Below are positions 39,672-49,662 of a DNA stretch of 64,000 nucleotides, in pieces. The position numbers were made by a program, and so were the translations under genes. Location of the stretch: assembly GCA_963669175.1 (NCBI GenBank), contig OY769902.1, forward strand, positions 3,904,001 to 3,968,000, read 5' to 3'. The notes beneath the pieces are model-generated. The model ran no database searches, was not told where the DNA came from, and saw only the letters and a list, made by a program, of their open reading frames with translations. Position 1 is the stretch's first letter. Each line of letters begins with the position of its first letter. The DNA is from a bacterium. Its GTDB lineage: Bacteria; Electryoneota; Electryoneia; Electryoneales; Electryoneaceae.

Positions 39672-42600
39672 ATGAAGAAGGTAATGCTGTTTGTACTGGT
39701 TGCCGGATTGCTTGGGGGCTCCCTGGCTTTTGCTCAGGAAAGCTTTCAAGATGCAAATGCAATTCCGGCTTCTGACGATCCAAGCTTTCTGATTACCGCA
39801 CCATGTAGTGAGCGGTTCAGTGAGCTGGATGAAGTTGCTGTTGCTATTGTGAAGAATCAGACTCCATGGAGTAATAGCAACGAGGCGATTCTTGACACCA
39901 TGGAAGACGTCACCTACGACATTATCGGGTACGAGTCCTTTAATGTTGTCGACTGGGACGATTACGACCTGGTGATTATCGCCAGCAACCAGAGCACAAC
40001 CTTTTACACCAATTTGGCAAACGAGATGGACGATCTCGAAGCATATGTCGATGGTGGCGGTTGGCTCGAGTTTCACGGCGCACATAACGCTGGCGCCAAT
40101 CAGTGGGAACTGTGGGATGGCACCACTTACATCACAGGTAACGTCCCCGAGAATGTGGTCGTTGACGAAGACCATCCTATAACCCAGGGGCTCGATGAAA
40201 CACTTACCGGCAACTCGGCAAGTCACGGAAAGATTGTTGATGAGCCGGATGATTGCAATGTCATCATCGAAACCTCCGATGGTTATCCCAGCCTGATCGA
40301 GTATACCCACGGTCTTGGCACAGTTATCCTGAGCACCATGACCATGGAGTGGTTATGGGCTAACCAGGCCAACTATACTGGTGGACCGGTATTGGGTAAT
40401 ACCCTGAATTATGCCGTCCATCACCCAACTGTTGGCGCGCTGGAAGGTACTGTCACGGATTCAGACGAGGATCCGCTCGAAAATGTTGAAATAACCGTCT
40501 GGACATGGGGCGATGATCCGGAAATGGTTGATCAGCTCTATACAGATGCAGACGGTTACTATTTCTTTGATAACACAATCCAGGAAGGCGCCTATGCTTT
40601 GACTGCCTTCCTGCCGACCTACGTCCTGGCCGAAGAAGACAGCATCTACATCACCTGTGACGACACCTTGACAGTTGACTTCACCCTTGAAGACAACGAA
40701 GATACTGGCACTGTCTCCGGCTATGTATACTCGGCAGAAGAAGAGCTGGCTATCGAAGGAATAGATGTCACTATTCCTGTCCTGGATGAGTCAGTCACGA
40801 CAGATGAAGATGGCTACTTCACCTTTGGCGCTATCCCCACTGGTTCCTACACGATTGTTGTCACAGATGATCCTCCGGGAAGTGAAGGACATCATACCAA
40901 CACCTATCCGGGAATTGAAGTAGCTACCGTAAACGAGGATCTTGAATTCTACATTGCCGTCCTGCTGGATGTTGAAAACTTCACCATAAGTGCAGGCAAT
41001 GGCTATGCTGAACTCGCATGGGATGCTCCATCCAACCATGAAGAAGATCTCATGCTGGTCATGGAAGAGATTGAAGATGTGGAAGCGGAAATTGCCTATG
41101 TGGAAGCACGTAATGTGCCGGAAGAAATGGCAAAGATGCCCGCCGCCCATCAGCGTCTCTACCAGCTCAGGAACATGCGTGACCGTATGATCCTTGCCCA
41201 GGAGAACGAGCTGGATGATCTAGCCGACTTCATCGGTTATGCTGTCCTGAAAGACGGAGAAATCATTCCGGACTACCGTCCGACGTCAACTTCTGTCACC
41301 ATTTCAGGTCTGGATAACGGGCATCTATACACCTTTGCAGTGGCTGCTGATTACGGATATGGCAATGAATACCTGCATTGGTCGGATACTCTTGAAGTTC
41401 GTCCGATGCCTGAACCCGGCTATATCATTACCCCGATGGATTACGAGTGGATCGAAATCAATCCGGACGAAGGCGGCGATGGTGAAGTTGCCCATGATAA
41501 CGGCGATGACGCCAACTCCGGAGAAGTTTCCATTGCCCCTCTCTCATTCTCCTATTATGGGAATGTCTTTGAAAGCTTTGGCGCCTGCACCAATGGCTGG
41601 ATGAGTATGTCCAACTTCACATCCAACACAATTGGACCAAGCATTCCAAGCACGAGTGATCCAAACAACACCATTGTCGCGCTCAATGGTGACTATCATG
41701 CCGGTGTTTCCGGGGATGACTGTAACATCTGGTACTACGTGGATGAAGGTAACGACCGCGTGATCATCCAGTTCTGCCTGCGCCCCTACAGTGGTAGCCA
41801 CACGGATTACCGTCATAATTACCAGGTAGTCCTGGATTGTGCGACTGATTACCTGCACTTCAACTACAATACCAGTGAAGACTGGATGGAATATGTCCGT
41901 GCGAACGGCGTAATCGGTGTTGAGAACGGCACGGGCACTACCGCTTCAACCTTCAACATGTCGGAACTTGAAGATGAGACATCCTACCTGATCAGGTATG
42001 TGGCTGACTTCGGCAATATCGTTGGTACTGTTGTCGATACTTCCGGCAACCCGGTAGAGGGTGCATTCGTCTACCTGATGGGTGATGAAACCATGCACGG
42101 CATCTCCGATGAGAATGGCTACTACGAAATTCTCCTCGCGGATACGACTGGTCAGCCCTACACGGTAGTCTGCCACGCTGATGGCTACGAGCATGAACAG
42201 GAAGAAAGTGTTTCCTGGGAAGAAGGTGAATTCGAGATTACCGTAGACTTTGAAGTAACTCCCATCAGCACACGCACAGCTCCCTACGTTTCGGATTGGG
42301 ATGGCGATTACGACGACGGCATCAGCATTGCACTGGGACAACCGGGATCTTACGAACACAACATGATGCTGCAACTGGACGACGGTATTGCGGCAAATGG
42401 TTACATGATTCCTGAGGTTGGTCAGAACCAGATGATGGCCGTTCCTTTCATCACCTCGCAAGGTGGACGGCTGGTTCAAACAGAGATTCAACTGGCCAAC
42501 CCCGATGGTATCTGGGGAGCATGGCCGGATGCTTCCGCTGGAAACGTGATTGTACGCATTCATGCTGACAACAATGGTCTGCCGGGTGACGTGCTGTACA

Positions 42601-45600
42601 CATCAAGCTCACTGACCCCGGACCTTGGCGCTGTCCTTGACAACCCGCGTATTGAAGTAGGTGAACGGTTCTGGGTTTCTTTTGCTGCAACAGACAATTT
42701 TGAAGGAATCCTGACTGACCGTGAGGCAGACTTCGGCAACAGGCTCCTGTTTACGAACAACGGGCAGGATTGGTACCCGGTTGAAAGCGCTGGTGATCCA
42801 CTTGTTCGCGTAACGCTTACTGATGATTCGCCGATTGAAGCTGTTGACGATTATTCCAACATTACAGTCGACTGGACACAGGTCAATCCTGAGATCCTGC
42901 GCCTGCCTGTTTCTGCGGCACATCAAGCGCCGATTTACGGCAGGTTGTCGAGCTACCCGGTTGCTGATCGTGCGCTGCAAAGTGGGTGGAGTGGAGCCAA
43001 CGAACTCGATGAGTTCATGGGCTTCAACGTATACTATTCGACTGATGGCGAAGATTTTGAACAGGCCAACGATGAGCTGATCGAGGATGATGTTTACTTC
43101 CTGCAGTTGGACAGTGACCTGGAAGATCAGGATATTATCATTTACCTGGAAGCAGAAGTAGACTCCGCCGGTGAAACCATTTACTCTGATCCCAGCGAAG
43201 AAGTAACCTGCGTCTTTAATATGGCGCCGGCGACTCCTACCAGTGTGCAAGTCGTTGACATTGACGAAATGACTCAGACAGGCACGGTAACCTGGAATGC
43301 TGTCACAACCAACGCTGATGGATCTCCCTGCGTTGACCTTGAAGGATACGTCCTGTATCGTGACGGTGAACTGTTGGCAGAGCTGGATCCGGAAGTAACC
43401 GAATACGATGAAGCGGTTATTGACCCCGGCTTCTACAACTACGCTGTCATCGCCTACGATGAAGTCCCGAACGTATCTGGCTTCGGTATGTCGCCAGAAA
43501 CTCAGATTGGTAATCCGCCTTTCTACACTGGTTTTGAGCCTGAAGGCGAGCCGGATCATCCGAACCCCTTCGTCGCTGAAGGCGACATCTGGGAATGGGG
43601 TGAACCCACTGCCGGTCCGGGTGAAGCTTACGCGGGTGATTACGTCTGGGCGACCTTGCTGGATGGCAACTATGCGACCCAGACCTCTGACAGGTTGGTA
43701 GCGACCCAGACCTGGCCTGTCATCGGCAACTTGAAAGTCAAATACTACCACTGGTATTCATTCTATTCCAGCTACGATGGATACAACCTGAAGGTTTCGA
43801 CCAATGGCGGCGATTCCTGGACAGTAGTAACCCCAACTTCTGGTTATTATACCTCCAGTTGCTACGGTTTGAACAACGAGCCGGCTTTTGGATACACAAA
43901 CAATAGCTGGCAACAGGTTGAGTTTGATCTGACCGCATTTAACGATGCCGATTCCATTACCATCGCTTGGGATTTCGGTTCTTATAACTACAATACCGGG
44001 ATGTACTACGGTGTTGCCATTGATGAACTGGAAATCTGGGGTGTTCCACGCGCAGAACGTGGCAGTCTGACTGGTTTCGTCATGGACTCTGATGACGTCC
44101 CGATGGAAGGCGTCCATGTATTCATTCGTCAGTATCCCAACTACGATGCGTACACAGATCCGGCAGGCAATTACTTTATCTTTGCCGCCCCGGCTGAGAC
44201 ATTGGATGTCGTCGCTGAATACATGTACTACTGGCCCAGTGTCGCCTCTGAAACCGTTATTCTGGATCGTGACACCATCACGGTTGATTTCACCAATGGT
44301 ACAGGAATTCCGATGGTCTATCCTGACGGTGAGCCAACCACAACGTCGCTCGAAATGCTTGTCGACATCAACGCAACTGTAGGTGACACAACTGGCACTG
44401 TACAATTGGATATTGAGAGTGTCGGTACTGGCGTACTCGGCTGGGATGCTTATGTCCAGGTGCTGAATGATGCGCCATCCTTTGCCAACATTGATAACGG
44501 CAACCGTGAGACCAAAGCAGGCCCCGTGACTTCTGAGAACGGGCGCATGATGCGCAAATTCTCGCAATCCAGTCTCGGATCTACGATCACCAGCCCGAAT
44601 GCTGGACGTGGACCGGAAATCGCCCGAGGCGAGCTGGATGAACTGTGGGATATGCTTTACAGCTTCAATCCCCAGATGCCGACACAGAACAACGGGATTG
44701 TCAGTGCGGTGATTGGTGTTGATGGCATTTATGTTGGCGCTATTGACAATGGTGACGGTGGTGTCAACGCCATTTACAAGTTCAGCCGTACAGGTGTTTT
44801 GCAGGAAACCTACCTGATGCCGGCTGAGTTGCATGGTTTCGATGATGCCGGTCCGCTTGACCTGGGTTATGATCCCAAGTCACAGGAATTCTATGGTGGT
44901 GTTGCTGATGGCCACATTTACCGGTTCAATGCACAGATGACGGATGTTGAGTATATCACAACCGTTGACTTCCATCCAACCGGTGTAACCTACGATTGGG
45001 ATCACCACCTGCTGTACCTGCGCGAATGGGATACACGATTTGGCGTATACGATGTTGACAGCGACAGCTACACAGATCTTTACATGGACAACACAACTGG
45101 ATTGTCCATGGGGTTGGCATACATGCCGGCGGATCCCGATGACTACAACATCTATATCCTATCGCAAAACGAGGATGGGTTAGGCGGATACATTTACCGC
45201 TACAGCCCGTACGAAAACGCGTACGATCTTGAGCCGGTTGAACTCTACGCACCTGTTGAAGGTGAAGCTGCCGGTGGTATTGAAATCGGTCGCTGGTACG
45301 CAGAGGAAAATGATTCCTGGGATATTGCCACTGTTTACCAGCGTTCGCAGGACATCGTAAACATCTGGGAAGGTTACTATGCGCCACCGACCTGGGTGAG
45401 TATTAACCCGAACGAAGGTTTGCTGGAACCGTCAGAGATCCAGGAACTCACGATCAACGCTGACTTCCGCGGTGTTGAAGATTTCGCGAATGTGCAAGTC
45501 GGTGAAGAGTTGCAGGCTGAAGTTGTCTTCCGCGGTCCCTACTGGGCCAATCCGCCGGTCGTAGACCTGATCATCCTGTTCTACGATAGTGCAGAGGAGC

Positions 45601-45884
45601 TCGGTGAAGATGCTATGCCGACCACTTACGCATTGCATCAGAACTATCCGAACCCGTTCAACCCGTTGACTTCGATCAGGTTTGACCTGGTAAATGCGCA
45701 AGATGTCAACCTTACCGTTTTCAATGTAATGGGGCAGGAAGTTGCTCGCCTGGTCGAGGGACGCCTTGAAGCTGGATTCCATGAAGTCCGTTTCGATGCA
45801 CAGAACTTCGCCAGTGGTGTTTACTTCTACCGCATTGAAGCCGGTCCATTTACTGATCTGAAGCGCATGGTCCTGGTGAAATAA
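39672..45884 (+). CDS. 2070-aa multidomain secreted surface protein (carboxypeptidase-regulatory-like, Fn3-like, jelly-roll, beta-propeller-like) with T9SS-type CTD
   Basis: AGGAG RBS, signal peptide, repeated G.V.D....G.Y units, WEWGEP/YDG.N...STNGG domain, QNYPNPFNP...ASGVYFY...KRMVLVK. Confidence 0.88.
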   Translation: MKKVMLFVLVAGLLGGSLAFAQESFQDANAIPASDDPSFLITAPCSERFSELDEVAVAIVKNQTPWSNSNEAILDTMEDVTYDIIGYESFNVVDWDDYDLVIIASNQSTTFYTNLANEMDDLEAYVDGGGWLEFHGAHNAGANQWELWDGTTYITGNVPENVVVDEDHPITQGLDETLTGNSASHGKIVDEPDDCNVIIETSDGYPSLIEYTHGLGTVILSTMTMEWLWANQANYTGGPVLGNTLNYAVHHPTVGALEGTVTDSDEDPLENVEITVWTWGDDPEMVDQLYTDADGYYFFDNTIQEGAYALTAFLPTYVLAEEDSIYITCDDTLTVDFTLEDNEDTGTVSGYVYSAEEELAIEGIDVTIPVLDESVTTDEDGYFTFGAIPTGSYTIVVTDDPPGSEGHHTNTYPGIEVATVNEDLEFYIAVLLDVENFTISAGNGYAELAWDAPSNHEEDLMLVMEEIEDVEAEIAYVEARNVPEEMAKMPAAHQRLYQLRNMRDRMILAQENELDDLADFIGYAVLKDGEIIPDYRPTSTSVTISGLDNGHLYTFAVAADYGYGNEYLHWSDTLEVRPMPEPGYIITPMDYEWIEINPDEGGDGEVAHDNGDDANSGEVSIAPLSFSYYGNVFESFGACTNGWMSMSNFTSNTIGPSIPSTSDPNNTIVALNGDYHAGVSGDDCNIWYYVDEGNDRVIIQFCLRPYSGSHTDYRHNYQVVLDCATDYLHFNYNTSEDWMEYVRANGVIGVENGTGTTASTFNMSELEDETSYLIRYVADFGNIVGTVVDTSGNPVEGAFVYLMGDETMHGISDENGYYEILLADTTGQPYTVVCHADGYEHEQEESVSWEEGEFEITVDFEVTPISTRTAPYVSDWDGDYDDGISIALGQPGSYEHNMMLQLDDGIAANGYMIPEVGQNQMMAVPFITSQGGRLVQTEIQLANPDGIWGAWPDASAGNVIVRIHADNNGLPGDVLYTSSSLTPDLGAVLDNPRIEVGERFWVSFAATDNFEGILTDREADFGNRLLFTNNGQDWYPVESAGDPLVRVTLTDDSPIEAVDDYSNITVDWTQVNPEILRLPVSAAHQAPIYGRLSSYPVADRALQSGWSGANELDEFMGFNVYYSTDGEDFEQANDELIEDDVYFLQLDSDLEDQDIIIYLEAEVDSAGETIYSDPSEEVTCVFNMAPATPTSVQVVDIDEMTQTGTVTWNAVTTNADGSPCVDLEGYVLYRDGELLAELDPEVTEYDEAVIDPGFYNYAVIAYDEVPNVSGFGMSPETQIGNPPFYTGFEPEGEPDHPNPFVAEGDIWEWGEPTAGPGEAYAGDYVWATLLDGNYATQTSDRLVATQTWPVIGNLKVKYYHWYSFYSSYDGYNLKVSTNGGDSWTVVTPTSGYYTSSCYGLNNEPAFGYTNNSWQQVEFDLTAFNDADSITIAWDFGSYNYNTGMYYGVAIDELEIWGVPRAERGSLTGFVMDSDDVPMEGVHVFIRQYPNYDAYTDPAGNYFIFAAPAETLDVVAEYMYYWPSVASETVILDRDTITVDFTNGTGIPMVYPDGEPTTTSLEMLVDINATVGDTTGTVQLDIESVGTGVLGWDAYVQVLNDAPSFANIDNGNRETKAGPVTSENGRMMRKFSQSSLGSTITSPNAGRGPEIARGELDELWDMLYSFNPQMPTQNNGIVSAVIGVDGIYVGAIDNGDGGVNAIYKFSRTGVLQETYLMPAELHGFDDAGPLDLGYDPKSQEFYGGVADGHIYRFNAQMTDVEYITTVDFHPTGVTYDWDHHLLYLREWDTRFGVYDVDSDSYTDLYMDNTTGLSMGLAYMPADPDDYNIYILSQNEDGLGGYIYRYSPYENAYDLEPVELYAPVEGEAAGGIEIGRWYAEENDSWDIATVYQRSQDIVNIWEGYYAPPTWVSINPNEGLLEPSEIQELTINADFRGVEDFANVQVGEELQAEVVFRGPYWANPPVVDLIILFYDSAEELGEDAMPTTYALHQNYPNPFNPLTSIRFDLVNAQDVNLTVFNVMGQEVARLVEGRLEAGFHEVRFDAQNFASGVYFYRIEAGPFTDLKRMVLVK

Positions 45885-45907
45885 GGATCACTTCCTTAGA
45901 ACACTTG

Positions 45908-45938
45908 CCGGCAGCGTGAAAGCGCTGCCGGTTTTTTT
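45908..45938 (+). terminator. Intrinsic terminator
   Basis: CCGGCAGCG-TGAAAG-CGCTGCCGG followed by T7. Confidence 0.9.
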
Positions 45939-46214
45939 ATACCGGTACTACCATATGGTGCCTCTCCTGACTCACAGTTGAATCCCCAACCATACCGGTT
46001 TTTCGGTTCATTAACTCTAGAAATCATGGTAAGACAACAGTTTGCATACTCGATAATGCTTTTACTATCCCTCTCATTATTTTGAATAATCACGTAAGAG
46101 GTATGGTTCTATTCATGTGCAGGGTTATTTTACGTTCGATTGAGATGTATATTCTTGGGTTCTACAAAACATTTTCCTGCAGTATACAAGTACAGCGCTT
46201 GGAGAGACAATTCA

Positions 46215-47822
46215 ATGACCTCTTTAACCTTGCTGGACCTGTTTTCTTTTGTTGCCTTTCTTGCCATTGTTGTCGGCGTATCCCTGTTTGCTTCACGAAA
46301 AGAAAAGAGCACAGAAGACTATTTCCTTGCCGGACGTAGCCTGACCTGGTGGTTGATCGGTTTTTCCCTGATCGCTTCCAACATTTCAACGGAACAGTTC
46401 GTCGGCATGTCCGGGTCAGCTTTTGGCCGGGTAGGGATGGCGATTGCCAGTTATGAGTGGATGGCCGCAATTGTATTGGTGCTGGTAGGTTGGTTCCTGT
46501 TGCCACGTTTTCTGCGCGCAGGTATCTATACCATGCCGGAGTTTCTTGAATACCGTTACAACGCGACAACTCGTGCCATCATGGCAACCTGGTTGATGAT
46601 TGCTTATGTCGTGGTTGCGATGGCTACTGTCCTGTATTCGGGGGCAATCGGGATCAATGCCATCTTTTCCATCCCGGAGCATTTTGAACAGCAATTTGGA
46701 ATGAGTCCTGAAAACGCTCAATTCTGGGCAACAGTGGCAGGAATCTGGTTCATTGGAATCGTTGCTGGCGCTTATACCATTTATGGTGGTCTGAAGGCAG
46801 TTGTCTGGTCAGACTTGATCCAGGGATTTGCCCTGATAGCAGGCGCAACCATTGTTACAATCATTGGATTCCAGGTTCTTGGCAATGGCGAAGGGTTTCT
46901 GGCCGGGATCCATAATTTCGCAACTGTGAATGAAGATAAGCTCCACAGTGTTCTTCCCTGGAATGATCCTGAATTGCCCTGGATAGCCGTGTTCATTGGA
47001 GGCATGTGGATTCCCCACACGTTTTACTGGGGGTTGAACCAGTTTATAACCCAGCGGACACTAGGTGCGAAAAGCCTGAAAGAAGGCCAGAAGGGGATTC
47101 TTTTCGCAGCAGCATTGAAGATATTTTTACCTCTAGTCATCGTTCTCCCGGGCATCATGGCGTACCAGTTGTACTCCGGTCAGATCAGCAATCCGGATGA
47201 AGCCTATCCCCATATGATTAACCAGATTCTCCCTCCTTCGCTGCGTGGAATCATGCTTGCGGCGCTATTCGGCGCTGTAATGAGTTCATTTAACTCCATG
47301 CTGAATTCTGCCTCCACCATTCTCACGATCGATCTGTACAGGCGACATATAAGACCAGACGCTTCGCAACAGAAAATTGTCATGTTCGGCAGGATAGCAA
47401 CAGCAGCTTTTGTCATCGTAGCCTGTCTTTGGGCGCCGATAATCAGTCGATTCCAGGGAGTCTTCACTTACATACAGATGGTCTGGGGATTCATTACACC
47501 GGGTATTGTGGCAGCTTTTATTGTTGGCCTTGTAGTAAAAAAGACGCCACCTCTTGCTGCCAGTGGCGCCATGATCCTGGGAGTTCCTCTTTATGGCTTA
47601 CTGCTATGGCAACTCCCCCAGATCGCATTCCTTCATCATATGGGAATCGTTTTCGTCGTTGAAGTGATATTCATGCTGATCGTAACCCGGTTTGCACCGA
47701 TGCAAAAAGCTGTTGTTCTACCTGACGCAAAACTTATCGATACAACTACTTACAAATCAGTCTATTGGCTTGGCAGCGCTGTAATCGTTGGCGTGGTTAT
47801 CATGTACCTGATCTTCTGGTAG
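46215..47822 (+). CDS. Sodium:solute symporter (SGLT/YidK-like)
   Basis: DYFLAGRSL, SLIASNISTE, YEWMAA, TMPEFLE.RY, GGLKAVVWSD, YWG.NQFI.QR; GGAGAG RBS before the ATG at 46215. Confidence 0.93.
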   Translation: MTSLTLLDLFSFVAFLAIVVGVSLFASRKEKSTEDYFLAGRSLTWWLIGFSLIASNISTEQFVGMSGSAFGRVGMAIASYEWMAAIVLVLVGWFLLPRFLRAGIYTMPEFLEYRYNATTRAIMATWLMIAYVVVAMATVLYSGAIGINAIFSIPEHFEQQFGMSPENAQFWATVAGIWFIGIVAGAYTIYGGLKAVVWSDLIQGFALIAGATIVTIIGFQVLGNGEGFLAGIHNFATVNEDKLHSVLPWNDPELPWIAVFIGGMWIPHTFYWGLNQFITQRTLGAKSLKEGQKGILFAAALKIFLPLVIVLPGIMAYQLYSGQISNPDEAYPHMINQILPPSLRGIMLAALFGAVMSSFNSMLNSASTILTIDLYRRHIRPDASQQKIVMFGRIATAAFVIVACLWAPIISRFQGVFTYIQMVWGFITPGIVAAFIVGLVVKKTPPLAASGAMILGVPLYGLLLWQLPQIAFLHHMGIVFVVEVIFMLIVTRFAPMQKAVVLPDAKLIDTTTYKSVYWLGSAVIVGVVIMYLIFW

Positions 47823-48188
47823 AATCCTCGAATACTCCGGAAGGTTTGGTAATAGGGAGGTATCACCTCAATATTTCACTTGCAATTATTGGTCTGATAC
47901 CGTATATATCCCCCAAATTATTCGGCAAAGACAAGCATAGAATTAACAAGAGTTTACGAATTGGATATTTAGCAGATATCGCAAGATATACAGCAGTTTT
48001 GTTCTTGACATTGCTTTTTTTGAGAGAATTGTTGCAGTTGTGTTAGGATGCAAATCATTTCCTAACATTCACAACCCTATACTCGTGGTTGATTGAAGTA
48101 TTAGCCAGTTGTGAGAGCAGCTTGTCTGCAATTCATGTCATCCGGTTGCTGGTGACAAAACCTGAAGGTGTACATCGCAGGCCCATTC

Positions 48189-49469
48189 ATGGACTTCCTG
48201 ATTTCAGTTTTTCAAACCACAGACACACAGTTTATCATTCTGGGTTCTTTTGCTGTGGTTTTTGGTCTTTACATGGCTTGGACGATCGGCGCTAATGATG
48301 TAGCCAACTCGATGGGGACTTCGGTTGGCTCTGGCGCTATCAATTACAAGCAGGCTGTCATTCTTGCGGGCACGGCTGATTTTTTGGGCGCCTGGCTGGC
48401 AGGCGGAACAGTCACCGATACTGTTCGCAAGAGTATTGTAAATACGGAATTATTCACTCAAGACCCCAATTTGTTGATTCTGGGTATGATCGCGGCGCTC
48501 CTGGCAGCCGCTGTGTGGTTGCACAGTGCTACATTCTTCGGCCTTCCTGTTTCAACAACCCATTCTATTGTCGGTGCAATAGTTGGTTTTGGTCTGATTA
48601 CGTACGGGATTTCAGCCGTCAATTGGGTAAAGGTCGTCCAGATTATTTCTTCCTGGGTGTTGTCACCGGTTTTCGGTGGGTTGCTTGCCTTGCTGGTGTT
48701 CACATTCATTCGGAAGGCCATTCTCCAGGCAGCAGATCCATTTAAACGAATGATGATTATTGGTCCTTTCCTGGGCGCATTCACCATTTGGATCATTGTA
48801 TTGTCTTCAATCTGGAAGGGATTGAAGAACCTGCATTTAGACCTAAGTGGCGCTCAGATATTCCTGTTGTCGCTGGGTGGGATGATCGTTGGTTATATCA
48901 TTCTGCTTCTTCTTATCCGACGGGCCAAAAGCCACATAGATCCGAAAGATAAGCTTCGTCCCATTGAACGAATCTTCATGATTCTCCAGGTTCTTACAGC
49001 GACGTATGTAGCATTTGCTCAGGGCGCCAACGATGTAGCCAATGCTATTGGTCCCGTTGCGGCCGTGTTGCAGACGATAAAAAACGGTGTTGTGCAGTTG
49101 AAGGTTCCGGTTCCGGGTTGGATCCTTGTCCTGGGCGGGGTTGGAATTGTACTGGGTCTGGCAACTTACGGTTTCCGTGTAATGCGTACCATTGGCACCA
49201 AGATTACTGAGCTTACCCCTTCGCGTGGGTTTGCCGCTGAGTTTTCTGCTGCAACAGTCGTTATGGTTGCTTCCAAGATGGGATTGCCGATTTCAACCAC
49301 TCACACTCTTGTAGGCGCTGTTCTTGGAATCGGGCTCGCACAGGGGATAGAAAAGATAAATTTCCAGATTGTCCGCAGCATCATATTCTCCTGGCTGCTG
49401 ACCTTACCCATTGCAGGTATTCTGTCTATCATTATTTATCAGCTACTTAAAGTATCATTTGCCATGTAA
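48189..49469 (+). CDS. PiT family inorganic phosphate transporter
   Basis: Two GANDVAN motifs, PVSTTHS and PISTTH. Confidence 0.95.
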   Translation: MDFLISVFQTTDTQFIILGSFAVVFGLYMAWTIGANDVANSMGTSVGSGAINYKQAVILAGTADFLGAWLAGGTVTDTVRKSIVNTELFTQDPNLLILGMIAALLAAAVWLHSATFFGLPVSTTHSIVGAIVGFGLITYGISAVNWVKVVQIISSWVLSPVFGGLLALLVFTFIRKAILQAADPFKRMMIIGPFLGAFTIWIIVLSSIWKGLKNLHLDLSGAQIFLLSLGGMIVGYIILLLLIRRAKSHIDPKDKLRPIERIFMILQVLTATYVAFAQGANDVANAIGPVAAVLQTIKNGVVQLKVPVPGWILVLGGVGIVLGLATYGFRVMRTIGTKITELTPSRGFAAEFSAATVVMVASKMGLPISTTHTLVGAVLGIGLAQGIEKINFQIVRSIIFSWLLTLPIAGILSIIIYQLLKVSFAM

Positions 49470-49496
49470 GCGTGGAATTCACTTCGCAAGTAATCG

Positions 49497-49520
49497 ACGG
49501 GTCTGCTGACCCGTTTTTTT
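49497..49520 (+). terminator. Intrinsic terminator
   Basis: ACGGGTC-TGCT-GACCCGT followed by a T run. Confidence 0.8.
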
Positions 49521-49662
49521 GCCAGTTTTTTTGATTTGTTCTTTTGGGATTCCCCTTCGAAGTCTTGTCTTTACGCCAAAAAGATGGTAGGTTGTTCCAT
49601 CTTTCCCAAGCATTCAGTTACAGTGTTTATTCATAGGTCTCGTAAGCTGGCAGGAGAACACG

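Noticed and set aside
42609-44834. Long minus-strand ORFs (380 and 358 aa)
   Set aside because: Antisense to the strongly codon-biased 2070-aa gene.
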